Positions 51,190 to 61,020 of a stretch of 64,000 nt of DNA are shown here, in pieces. Origin of the DNA: Nannocystales bacterium (GTDB lineage: Bacteria; Myxococcota_A; Polyangia; Nannocystales; Nannocystaceae); NCBI GenBank assembly GCA_050633305.1, contig JBOEGF010000040.1:1-64000 (forward strand). Direction: 5' to 3'. Below the pieces are notes generated by a model that did not search any database, was not told the DNA's origin, and worked only from the letters and a program-made list of their open reading frames with translations. The position numbers and the translations under genes were made by a program. The first letter of the stretch is position 1, and each line of letters starts with the position of its first letter.

Positions 51190-52644
51190 CTAGGCAGGCT
51201 TCCAGCCCTTCTTGATCTCGCTGGCAAGGAGTTCCTCGGCGAGTGCGGTTGCGGTGACCTCATCGGGTGCCAGCCGGACCGTTCGCTTGAGCGGGTCCTT
51301 GCGACCGGGGCTGTAGTCGGTGAAGTGCACGACGTACGCGGGAAAGAGGGGGTCGACGCTGTCCTTGTTGGTCTTCCAAACCAACAGCTTGCGAACGGCG
51401 GTCTTGCCCTTGGTCACCTTCGTGAACGCTTCTCTGCGCACGACTTCGCTCTTGGGCAACTCGGCCGGAGGCGCGGAGGTATCCGCTTCGGTGACAAGGA
51501 CGCGTTCGAAGACCTGTCGAACGGGTACATCGCCCACGACAGCTTCTTTGTCGTCGCGGACGCGTACCAGGCGAGGGTGCAGGATGCTGACTCCGGGCAT
51601 TCGCCGCCTCGCCTGCCACGCGTCGTCGTCATGGACGAGGACCATGCGCTGCACGGGGTCTCCGGCGGACGTGTCGCCTTGAACATCGCTGATTCGGATC
51701 TCTACGACGACACTGGGACGCACGGTCTGAAACAAGGCGCCTCTCGTGTTCGCCTCGCTGTAGTTTGAGGTACAGCTCAGCGGCCGCACGGCCTCGCCAA
51801 GCGTACGCCTGTGATCCTCACTTCCGAGGTTTCCACAGTGTCCGATGACTTGATACGTGCCGTCGGGTCGAATGAGGGCCAACAACAGGGAGCTGAGCTG
51901 GGTCGGGTCTTCGGTACGCTCGGTGTAGCCGATGACGACCGCGTCGATGGTGACGCTCGGCTTGACCTTGTAGGTGTGCTGCGACGGGGTGCGCACGACG
52001 AGGCCCTCCGCCTTGCCCCCTGCTGCCCAGGTTTCGAACAGCTCGGAGACCTCGGCTTTGGTGTCACAGCCCTCGCTCTTGACCGCGCGCAGTCGCTTTC
52101 CGCCGCCGAGCAGACGCTGAACGACGTCGAAGCGCTCCTTGTAGCTTGTCAACGGCATCATGGCGTCGCTGTCTCCGCCCCAGACGAGGTCGAAGGCCAT
52201 GAACGCTACGCGCTCGACCTGCGCCTTGGCCTCCCCCGAAAGGGCGCTCGCGAGGTCGCCGTGCCGAGAGCGGCCTTCTTTCCGAGCGGCGAACAGCTCG
52301 CCTGCGATCACGGTTGTGCCGCGGGTTTGCGGAAGGGCTTTCCGCGCCTCCTCGAGGACCGGGATGTTTCCGCTGAGAACTCGGCCTGCGGGGTTGGCGA
52401 GAAACACGTCTCCATCCTCGAACACCATGCACCACTGCTCACCATCGACTTTCGGAGAGACAAGGTACGGACCCGGAGGCAGGCGTCCTTCGAGCTCGTC
52501 GGGAACCAGGGCGGTGTAGCGGCTCGCGATGCCTCGTTTGTAGCGACGGATGGCGCTGGCAAGTTCGGGGTGGGTGACGGAGCCGGCGGGGCTGTGTTGG
52601 CCTTTGCCGCACGGCCGTGCGCTTTCGGTGTTGAAGCTGGGCAT
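51190..52644 (-). CDS. ATP-dependent DNA ligase-like protein with C-terminal WGR-like domain
   Basis: Motifs I KVDGE, III AGELF, IIIa MAFDL, IV EGLVVR, V YKVKP; OB fold ending HPRLVRVRDDK; extra ~90-aa domain ending AEELLASEIKKGW. Confidence 0.85.
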   Translation of the reverse strand: MPSFNTESARPCGKGQHSPAGSVTHPELASAIRRYKRGIASRYTALVPDELEGRLPPGPYLVSPKVDGEQWCMVFEDGDVFLANPAGRVLSGNIPVLEEARKALPQTRGTTVIAGELFAARKEGRSRHGDLASALSGEAKAQVERVAFMAFDLVWGGDSDAMMPLTSYKERFDVVQRLLGGGKRLRAVKSEGCDTKAEVSELFETWAAGGKAEGLVVRTPSQHTYKVKPSVTIDAVVIGYTERTEDPTQLSSLLLALIRPDGTYQVIGHCGNLGSEDHRRTLGEAVRPLSCTSNYSEANTRGALFQTVRPSVVVEIRISDVQGDTSAGDPVQRMVLVHDDDAWQARRRMPGVSILHPRLVRVRDDKEAVVGDVPVRQVFERVLVTEADTSAPPAELPKSEVVRREAFTKVTKGKTAVRKLLVWKTNKDSVDPLFPAYVVHFTDYSPGRKDPLKRTVRLAPDEVTATALAEELLASEIKKGWKPA

Positions 52645-52648
52645 GGCG

Positions 52649-53365
52649 CTACTGTGCTTGGTCGGCCTTGGCGGGAGCGGGGCGCTTGAGTTCGAGGTGG
52701 CTGAGGTGGAGCAACAAGGCGAACTTGTCTCCGTCGACGCGGCCCTCGAGAAAGGCTCGATACGGGGAACCGTTCTCCTGGAGCACCAACGGCTCCTTGC
52801 CGGTGCTGCCGCCTCCGAGCAGGACGACTTCGTCGGACTTCGCGAGCTCTTTCGCCATCGCGGCCAAAAAGTCGAAGCTAAGACCGTCGACGTGGGCGAG
52901 GGCGATGGTGCGGGTGAACGCGAACTTCCGGACCGCGTCTCGCTTCTTCATTGTCTTGCCTGTCCAGCGGACGGGCAGCTCGGCATTGACGTTGGCGTGC
53001 TGGTCCTGTGGAGCCCGGCGCTCGCGTTCGCTGCCGTCGGGGTTGAGGATGACCTCGACGGTATTTGGGATGGCATGCATGACGTCACCCTTGGCGGTCA
53101 AAAACACCCGGGCTGAGGGGACGAACTGTCGGCCGACAATCTCGAGGTCAACCTCGGGATCCCCGGCGACAAGCTGGTCGCCATAGTCCGCGCCTAGGGT
53201 CGCCTCGAGCTGCCCGTGCATGGTGGCAGGGGTCGCGGCCAGGTAGCGTCGAAACTCGATCTCTTGACCCGGCAAGCCTGGCTTGGGACCTGCGGGTGCT
53301 TTGGCGGAGGCGAAGGTGACGGTGGCATCTCGGCCGCCGGCGTTGGCGATATGGATCTGTCGCAT
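52649..53365 (-). CDS. Hypothetical protein, putative divergent Ku-like subunit B
   Basis: ATG at 53365 with GAGGA RBS; FTRTIAL..AMAKELAKSDEVVL..AFLEG..LLLHL..ELKRP resembles the Ku core second half. CDS solid, Ku identity inferred. Confidence 0.55.
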   Translation of the reverse strand: MRQIHIANAGGRDATVTFASAKAPAGPKPGLPGQEIEFRRYLAATPATMHGQLEATLGADYGDQLVAGDPEVDLEIVGRQFVPSARVFLTAKGDVMHAIPNTVEVILNPDGSERERRAPQDQHANVNAELPVRWTGKTMKKRDAVRKFAFTRTIALAHVDGLSFDFLAAMAKELAKSDEVVLLGGGSTGKEPLVLQENGSPYRAFLEGRVDGDKFALLLHLSHLELKRPAPAKADQAQ

Positions 53366-53378
53366 GGTCTGACGTCCT

Positions 53379-53981
53379 CTAGAACATCTCGAAGTCGAGT
53401 TCGTCGCTGTCGTCCTCGTCATCCTCGTCGACGGGGAGGACGGGCTGTTCGAGGGTGCACCACGGGGTCTCGAACGCGTCACCCAGCAGCGCAAAGGTGC
53501 CGTGTTCGTTGGCCACCAGGAACGCGGTCTCGACGTGATAGTCGGCTCTCATGTTGAAGGGAAACCGGAAGATGCTCCCCTCATCCAGCCGGGCTTGTAG
53601 CGCGTCGTCGACTTCGTCTGCATCGAGCATGTAGACCGTCGTGACCGCCGCGTTCAGGAGAGCGTCCGGTTCGACCTCGATCAGCGCCTGTGCGGCACCG
53701 AGGGTCGAAGGGTGCTTCTCGACCGGTTGCCCCTCGGTGTCCAGGCCTACGAGCTCGCTGCCCTGCACCCATCGACCCGTCCGGTCGAAGTAGCCCTGGC
53801 TGGTCATCCCGGACGTCACCAGCATCGAGCCGTCGTCCGTCAGGGTCGCTCGCTTGCACGGGTCGCCGTCCGAGTCGAGGGGGATTCTCTTTCGGGTCGC
53901 GTACAGCTTCTTGCGGTCGAGGCGGGAAAACCCGAAGCTGGATTCGTTTCCATCGAGGGTGACGACGATCGTCCTGGCCAT
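53379..53981 (-). CDS. Hypothetical protein, putative divergent Ku-like subunit A, acidic C-tail
   Basis: YFDRTGRWVQGSELVG, VEPDAL..VYML, L..RL..G.IFRFPFNMR..AFLVAN resemble Ku ring and barrel segments. CDS solid, Ku identity inferred. Confidence 0.55.
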   Translation of the reverse strand: MARTIVVTLDGNESSFGFSRLDRKKLYATRKRIPLDSDGDPCKRATLTDDGSMLVTSGMTSQGYFDRTGRWVQGSELVGLDTEGQPVEKHPSTLGAAQALIEVEPDALLNAAVTTVYMLDADEVDDALQARLDEGSIFRFPFNMRADYHVETAFLVANEHGTFALLGDAFETPWCTLEQPVLPVDEDDEDDSDELDFEMF

Positions 53982-54270
53982 CTACGGCGAGTCTATCAGC
54001 CGTGGGTCGACACGCGATCCTCGCGCCCGCCGACAACCCGGCCGGGCCGGAGGCGTCGAGTTGCCCGATGCCGGAGCTGGCGGGGAACAGCAGCAGCTCT
54101 CCCAGCGCGGTCAACTCTCCCAGCCATCCTCCGCCAGGACCCACCACGTATGGACTCGAGAACGAACTCCACCCCCAGAGTGCGCCTCAGGTCAACGACT
54201 GGCGGTGTAGAAGCGAGGAGCCGGTCCTCTTCACGGCTGTTCGCCGCGCCGGTTTCTTCACCGTGGGTCT

Positions 54271-54864
54271 CTAAGCAACCGGTTTGAGGCGACCGTCGGG
54301 TAGGATGAGGGCCGCGGTCTCTTGGCGACAATGGTTCGACACGATGAGACCAGAGAGCGTAAGCGTTGCTCCGGTGACGGGCGTGGTCACGGGGTTGGTG
54401 GCGTAGCGAACGACCTCGCCGGTTTGGGGCTCGAGCTGATACCAACGTGTACGGTCCCGCCCGATGACCCAAGCATGTCCTTCGACCCCTCCCTCCACAG
54501 ACAGCTCGCCGATCCCGACCGCCGCGGTGTGCCCCATGGCGATGAGTAGAGAGACCGTCGCGATTGAAAAGTCCTCACAATCACCACGACCACGCCGTAT
54601 CGAGGTCCGTGGCGACAGTGCCTCCTCGACAGGGACCCGGCGTGAGATCTTTCGGCGACCACCCGCCGATCGACGCGAGACCCGTTTCGTATCCCGCTTG
54701 TAGTTGAGCAGGCCTTGGATGACCGTTGAAGCGGCAACCGACGCGGGGCAGGTCCCCGACCTCAGCGCGCGGGCCTGCGGGACGAGATGCTTGACCTCGT
54801 CGGGGCGAATCAGTAGAGACCAAGCCTGATAGCTATCTATTCCTGATCCTCGAACCGAACCCAC
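54271..54864 (-). CDS. Transglutaminase-like cysteine protease
   Basis: GDCEDF.I...SLL...G, GHAWV, W..LEP. Confidence 0.8.
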   Translation of the reverse strand: MGSVRGSGIDSYQAWSLLIRPDEVKHLVPQARALRSGTCPASVAASTVIQGLLNYKRDTKRVSRRSAGGRRKISRRVPVEEALSPRTSIRRGRGDCEDFSIATVSLLIAMGHTAAVGIGELSVEGGVEGHAWVIGRDRTRWYQLEPQTGEVVRYATNPVTTPVTGATLTLSGLIVSNHCRQETAALILPDGRLKPVA

Positions 54865-55086
54865 CGCGTAGTCTTACTATTGAATCGCTGGCGCCAGGCG
54901 CGCATTCCGTAGGGGCATGCAGTTGATTCCGAGCATCCACCCGGTGCGTTCCCCGAAACGGCCCGGTCCCCGACCCAGTTTGCGCAATGCTTGCCCAACA
55001 TGGGCACACCGTTGCCCATGTTGAACCCGAGCCGGCAGGTGCGTGCGTCCGGGCGTGTTGGCCGTTCACGAAAGAGCAAAAGGTGT

Positions 55087-55650
55087 CTAGGGTTCTACGT
55101 CGATTTCAAGCGCGTCCGAGCGATCGTGAAATTCGGGGTGGAGTCGCGCGAGGGTCTCTCTCGAGGTTGGCACTTGCTGTGCTGTACAGTGAGGGTTCCA
55201 GAAGGCGCTCGGTCCAGTTTGAATGATGAAGTGGCCCGAGACACCGGCGCTAAACTCTCGAAGGAGAAATCGCTCTCTGCGGAGCCAGTAGGTGGGGTCG
55301 CCTGGGGCGACGTATGGTCTATTCCGGTCTCCCCCGGCAATCGCGTTGGAGAGGCCGCCCCAGTGAGACCTCCTGTTGATCACCCTGACTTGTCGTACTG
55401 CGAATGCTTCGCGGCGCTGCTGGGTTCCCCTGAACCAACCGAAAATCTTCGCCGACAGGCTGCCGAGGTTATGGACACCGTTGATGGTGAGACCGATGTA
55501 TTGCCGTTCGTGCATCGGCTGCCGTCCTCGGAGTGCCCGACTCAGGGGGATTGCGTAGTTGAAGATCGATGCGACGCAGCAAGAGCCGCAGTTCGGCTTC
55601 GTTCCTTGCTGGACCCACGCGGTTTTGAGGTCGTCTTGGTTGATTGCCAT
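55087..55650 (-). CDS. Putative C39-like papain-fold peptidase
   Basis: ATG at 55650; Q.....CG..C.A near the N-terminus, GHFII and WNP downstream. Confidence 0.55.
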   Translation of the reverse strand: MAINQDDLKTAWVQQGTKPNCGSCCVASIFNYAIPLSRALRGRQPMHERQYIGLTINGVHNLGSLSAKIFGWFRGTQQRREAFAVRQVRVINRRSHWGGLSNAIAGGDRNRPYVAPGDPTYWLRRERFLLREFSAGVSGHFIIQTGPSAFWNPHCTAQQVPTSRETLARLHPEFHDRSDALEIDVEP

Positions 55651-56006
55651 GGTACGAACCAGTGAGGGCAGGCTCGTCCTCCCCGACGATGTTCGACGGG
55701 TAGTGACCATCCGAGGCGATCGGATTGCGGCGAACCGAAGAAAACCAGTCTTCCGCCAACTTCCCGAAATGCGGTGGTCCCGGCACGCGGGTACGACGAG
55801 CTCGAGACGGTCGACTTGCCATAGGGCCGACCTGTTCCCCGTCCGGGGGGTCGTGAGTCCCTGGGACACCCGGCCGCGCCCGCTACATCCAGACGCCGTT
55901 CGAGCCGTCGCCACCGTCTCGGCTGGAGTGTTCACGGGGTGGGCGATGAAGGGATTCCCAGCTCGACGCGGGAACCAAACCGGCGGCATCGGCAGCATGA
56001 CCACCG

Positions 56007-57104
56007 ATGCTCTTGCCTCTCTTCCGACGTTCAATCTGCGGGTTTGCCGCTCTGACGGTGTCTCTTTGCGCTGCCTGTGACGACACAAGCCGCCCTGAAA
56101 CGCCGCCGGGGCTGGAAGAGCCCGTGGCGACGAGCCCGGCGATCCATTCGCAATGGACCGGCGAGGGGTCAGCGTGGGACGGGTCCAACCACCCCGATGG
56201 CGAAGGCTACCGCCTGCACTACGTCACTGGTGGGTGGGTGATCGAAGCGGACCTGGACGTCGTTTCTCTCGTCGTTCCCGACCCCCTCTCCCAGTGCGGA
56301 AGTCGAACGGCCGAGTGGGCGGAGCATGAGGAGCAAGCCAGCGCCGGCGTCTTCGCTGCGATCAACGCGAACTTCTTCGAGTGCGATCTTTCCGGGGACG
56401 AGTTCAGCGGACGCAGTTGCCCGACGAAGGGAGAACGCTTTTCCGAGTCCGGCGCCCTGGCTGTAGAGCAGTTCCCGATTGGGGTGCACTGCGGCGATGG
56501 GAACTGTTTCGACAACTCGAAGCATTCGTCGGCGAAGTACATGAGTCATCTCGTCGTCGCTCGAGATGGAGGCGTCGACCTGGTCGTGTACGAGGGGGCG
56601 GGCGCTCCGGCAGAGCCGCCGTTCTACACACCAGCCGGGCACACGAGCCCGGGCGCTGTTGCGGATGCAAACATCGCGATGGCGGTCAGCGGGGCACCGA
56701 CGCTCATCCGCTCGGGTGAGATCAACGACTCCGCGACCGGGTGGAGTTCGCTCCACTACTACGAAGGGCTCGCCGACTCAGGCACGATCCCATTCGTCGG
56801 TGTGAGCTACGACCGCAAGACCCTCTACCTCGGGCTCGTCCGTGGCGGAGCACGTCTCGCCGCGCAGGAGCTCTTGCGCGTGTTCCCGGGCCAGGTCGAG
56901 CACGCCATGTCGTTTGACGCCGGTGGTTCGCCATCCTTTTGGTTTAAGGGGGCAAGCGGGGCGGACGCATATCGGAAGGTGCCGACCAAGCTCGGCCTGG
57001 CTTCGTCCGCGAACCGTCGCCCCGGGCGAGGACGCTCGCGCTGCCTCGACACCGAGGCACCACCACCCAGCCCTACGGACCCCGACGCTCCGCAGCCCGA
57101 GTAA
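56007..57104 (+). CDS. Phosphodiester glycosidase (NAGPA-like) lipoprotein
   Basis: LCAAC lipobox; AAINANFF, AVSGAP.L, AMSFDAGGS. Confidence 0.75.
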   Translation: MLLPLFRRSICGFAALTVSLCAACDDTSRPETPPGLEEPVATSPAIHSQWTGEGSAWDGSNHPDGEGYRLHYVTGGWVIEADLDVVSLVVPDPLSQCGSRTAEWAEHEEQASAGVFAAINANFFECDLSGDEFSGRSCPTKGERFSESGALAVEQFPIGVHCGDGNCFDNSKHSSAKYMSHLVVARDGGVDLVVYEGAGAPAEPPFYTPAGHTSPGAVADANIAMAVSGAPTLIRSGEINDSATGWSSLHYYEGLADSGTIPFVGVSYDRKTLYLGLVRGGARLAAQELLRVFPGQVEHAMSFDAGGSPSFWFKGASGADAYRKVPTKLGLASSANRRPGRGRSRCLDTEAPPPSPTDPDAPQPE

Positions 57105-57492
57105 GGGCAAACCGCCAACGGCTTGGACCCACGCCGTTCAAGCTCGTTCATGGAGGCACTACGCATCGGCGTGGCCGTGGTCTGGTCGGGCGCGGCCAGG
57201 ACGGACGTGGCAGCGTGTGGGGTACGGCCGTCGAGCTGAGTGCCCCCGCCGAGGGAGGCGGGATCCGCGGTGGCGATCGGACCCGACGGCACGCTGGTCG
57301 CCGGGTGAGGCGTCGGCCCCTTCGGAGTCCCAGGCCCTCTCGGTCGTGGTCTTGCCCCGATCGCACAACGAGCATCGTCGCATTCCGCCCCGACACGGTG
57401 GGTGGGCCGGCCGGCCCACGCCGGCGTCACGGCGATTTCAATCGTCGTCCATGGACCTCTGTCCTCATTGTTCTGCTCCTACGATAGGTCGC

Positions 57493-57879
57493 ATGGCCAG
57501 CATTCTTCGGATTCGGGGCGACCAGCTCGACGCGTTCTCCGCCGCCCACCGTAACGCTGATCGAGAACAGGCAGAACACGAGTCTCTCGCGCTGATTCGA
57601 CAACACTGGTCGGCGCGCGTCGTGGGCAAGACGGACGAGGAGGTCCACACTCTCGTCCGCCAGCTTCTTGGTCGCGCCGAGGGGTTCGGCCTCACCAGCG
57701 TCGAACACGGCGTACGTTTCGTGAACGCCTCGATGGCGCTCGGTCCGGGTTTTGAAGACGACCCCCAAACCCCGTGGGCCCGTCCGCTGCTGACCTCGTC
57801 GCGCACGGCCGCAATGAAGTCGGCACGCCTCTCCGAGGAGACGCGTCGAGAGCTGGGTCTCCGGGCAGGGGAGCGCTGA
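57493..57879 (+). CDS. Small helical protein of the type found beside secretion-system effectors
   Basis: LRIR.DQL.AF ... A..FG ... LG.GF..DP..PWA..LL pattern. Confidence 0.65.
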   Translation: MASILRIRGDQLDAFSAAHRNADREQAEHESLALIRQHWSARVVGKTDEEVHTLVRQLLGRAEGFGLTSVEHGVRFVNASMALGPGFEDDPQTPWARPLLTSSRTAAMKSARLSEETRRELGLRAGER

Positions 57880-57881
57880 TC

Positions 57882-60093
57882 GTGGTCGCTCGACGCATCC
57901 GGGTACCCAAAGACAACGACTGTTTCTACCACGTGGTCGCCTACTTCTTGGGGCGCCACCACCAGTCGATGCTTGAGACGAGCGCGATCCGTAGGAGGCT
58001 CGCTGGACGCCTCGCAACCGACGTGGTGCACACGCCACACGATGACCTCGACCACCTCAGCGGCACCTGGTTGTATGAAGAGGAGGACATCCGGGCCAAC
58101 GTGGCATTGCTCGAAACCCCGGAAAGCGCGAAGCATCAGCGAGTCCTGAGGGAAGCCGCAGGCGCCCATCGCGACGTTCCGCACAATATCCTCGACTATG
58201 TCGTTTGGTCGCAGTTGACGGCGACCGAGGTCGAAGGTTTCGAGCACTGGTACCAGAAGCGCCGTGACATGCAGTGTTTGGGCCGAATGCTGCGCAAGTA
58301 CACGATCTGGGGCGACGACCTGATGGCGGCACATTGCGTTCGAGAGGTCTACGCGCGGGAACTCGCGACCTACGTGACCACCGAAGCGGTCCGAGACACG
58401 CTGCGCGACGACGAGCTGGTCCAGGTGCGCAACGAGGTCTGCACAGGAGCGGCCTTCTCCCCGGGCACGGCCGTCATCAATCTGCTCCAAGTCAACGGCG
58501 AACCCCACTTCGACGCGGTGCTCTTCTACGACATCGAGGAACAGGCGGCGATCTTGCTCGCGTACGAGCAAGCCGAGGCGGAAGTCCAAGCGTCCGTCGA
58601 CCGCTCGAACGTTGCGCCGTGTCCGTACCGACTGACCAAGGTCGCGATCCTTCACGGCGATGATGACTCGAGCAGTTTCGTCAAACACGTCAACCTTCCC
58701 CGAACAGGCAGCTGGGCGGGCTTCACGAAGGCGGACGAGCTCGACGAACTCTCGCCGCGGCTCCGTCTCGCCCTGACGTTCGAGGCCGAGTGCCCCAAGG
58801 ACCGAAAGGTGTCCATCAAGCTGGTCCCCACGTTGGGTGGAACCCGGGACTACGATCCAGAGTTTCAGCGTCTCGGCTCGGGCCCCGAACGCGCGAAGAA
58901 CGGCAACTACGGATGGGCGTGCCTGGACAACGGCCTGATTGCACAGAGCAGCCGTGATGGTTTTCTCAACCCCGATGCCCGCGGTGGAACCGTCGACCCG
59001 ACAACTCCGCTCGAGATCTGTGTCGACGGTGCCAAGACCGTCTTCGTCGAGGGCCTCTTCCTCCCCGCCTCGGGCGGCATCGAGTACCACGTCGAGGTCA
59101 CGGACATCTTCGGGACCGTGAAACGCAGCGCCAATAGCGTGCGAACGACCCGGACCTTGTTCGTGCAATACCTGCTTGGTGAGGGCATGGACGACCGCAG
59201 GGATCTCCTGGAGCGGGTCTCGGCGGAGCTGCCCGAGCGACTGGCCCCCCTGCACGTCAATCTCGTCGCCGTCCCGGGGGCGTTCGAGACGAGTGTGCCT
59301 GCCCAAGTCGAGGACGACGACGATCACCCCGATGGAGTCCTGGAGAGCCGACTGCGCGTCGCGGCCCAGAAGGCAGCCGACTACAGCCCCTACTTCTTCA
59401 ACGTCGCGTGGATCGACGAGTTCGTTAAGGTCCGCCGCGTGCCGGTCGAGCACACGGTGTTCTTGGGCTCACTGCGGGCTGGACAGCGAACCACGTGGCC
59501 CGGCTGGGAACCCGACACTCGAGTGACGAGGCCGTACCGGCGGATCACGGTGCGCTGTCGCGGGATGTCGTTCTCGCCTAGGGACGCGGGCTACGAAGGC
59601 CGCACTTGGTTCTACCAACCTACCGACGTGGAGCTTCAACGGCTCTGCGAGGGCTACGAAGACCAGCTCGCGGACATCGACACGCGGATCGACGCCGCCG
59701 AACGAGCCTGGATCGAGTGGATCGAGGCCCAGGAGGGTTTTCAGACCCAGCGTACGAGGGTTCGTGGGCAGCTCGACGCCGGGCACCTTGACTACACGGA
59801 AGAGGACCTGCTCGAGGAGTGGAAGAAGGAGAACCGAGACATGTACAAACCGCCGCGCGTCGAGGGGAACGACCTGACCGTGACGAGGCCTCGCGCGCAT
59901 CCAGGAGCAGCTCCCGGGCGTGGACCTCAGCGAAGAGGACGACGTCATTGCGGCGGTGTCGAAGTTGGAAGTCGGGCCAAGGGGCGTCTTGCGTGCACTC
60001 TGCGAACAGGCTGCAGCGGAGAGCTGGCCCGAGCACTGGGAGTGGGACGTCGTCGACGCCCCGGAGCAGATCCTTGCGGCACTGGGATCCTAA
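57882..60093 (+). CDS. Large protein with N-terminal OTU-like protease domain; apparent frameshift near 59885
   Basis: VPKDNDCFY, WGDD, HFDAV; genome-typical coding continues in the +1 frame from 59890 to TAA 60091-60093. Confidence 0.6.
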
Positions 60094-60238
60094 AGAGACA
60101 TCGGGCTTCAAGGTCCTCAGCCACAACGCGTCCGGCTTGCCGGGCGGGTCCGGGCGCGAAGTCGAGCTTCGGCCCGCGTGCCATCGCGCGAGCAGGTGAG
60201 AGTGACGGTCCGCGGTCCCGGCTGCACTACCGCAACCG

Positions 60239-60838
60239 ATGAAACACGTCGCTTGCATCCTGGTGTTCGCTCTTGCTGCCGGTTGCGGCCATGGCGTGAC
60301 CGCCGACCCAGCCGTCATCAACTTTTCGTCCGAAGGAGGGGCGCGCCCTCTGGAAGAGACGCTCGATCGGGCGCAGGGCAACTGTCTGCAGAATCAGAAG
60401 ACGGCGACCTGGTTCCTGGCGCTCAGCGGAAGCCTGGGCGTGGCGGCGGGGTCTACGGGGATTTCGACGCTCGCTTTCGAGAGTACGCGGAGCAAGCAGG
60501 GGGCTGCGATCGCGTCGGTGACCTCGGGTGTGCTTGCGGCCGGCTTCGCGGCGGGGGCAGCCGGGATGCAGACTCGATACAACGAGAAACACTGCCCAGA
60601 GATCATGGGCTATTCCCACGGTGTTCTACGCCAGAAGGTTCATGACAAGTTCGGAGAGGAGGCGACGAAACACGTGGACGTACTTCCCATCGAGTCACTC
60701 GACATGACCGACGACGAGGCTCCCAACGACGAGGAGTCGAACGACGATGAGCAGCCGGTGGAGGGGGGTGGTGGCGGGTCCGAAGAGGACGACGGGCCTG
60801 AGCCACCGATCGTTTCACTCGTCGGACTCCGGCGCTGA
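60239..60838 (+). CDS. Hypothetical lipoprotein with hydrophobic hairpin and acidic tail
   Basis: LAAGC lipobox; two Gly/Ala-rich segments bracketed by Cys. Confidence 0.65.
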   Translation: MKHVACILVFALAAGCGHGVTADPAVINFSSEGGARPLEETLDRAQGNCLQNQKTATWFLALSGSLGVAAGSTGISTLAFESTRSKQGAAIASVTSGVLAAGFAAGAAGMQTRYNEKHCPEIMGYSHGVLRQKVHDKFGEEATKHVDVLPIESLDMTDDEAPNDEESNDDEQPVEGGGGGSEEDDGPEPPIVSLVGLRR

Positions 60839-60879
60839 CGAGAGTCGCCCGCCACAACCCCGCAATGCCGTTTTATGAC

Positions 60880-61020
60880 TTGACGATCGGGGACACCCGT
60901 GCGCTCGCGAAATGCACGTAGCACTGCGGCGTGCTGTGGACTCAGCTCCTCATCGGCCGTCTGTTGGCGCGCAGTACGGTCGACGTGGATGACCGGATGG
61001 ATCCGGTTCCGCACATTCCC
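60880..61020 (-). pseudogene. Carbamoyltransferase (NodU/CmcH) C-terminal scrap
   Basis: VIHVDRTARQQT...VLRAFRERTGVP matches the HVDGTAR.QT...L.AF...TGVP pattern. Confidence 0.55.

Noticed and set aside
51190..52644. Canonical LigD or LigC
   Set aside because: No primase-polymerase or phosphoesterase domain or adjacent gene; carries a different C-terminal domain, so no gene symbol assigned.
57465..59453. 662-aa minus-strand ORF and similar long antisense ORFs
   Set aside because: Shadow frames of GC-rich genes; no motifs, and codon bias favours the opposite strand.
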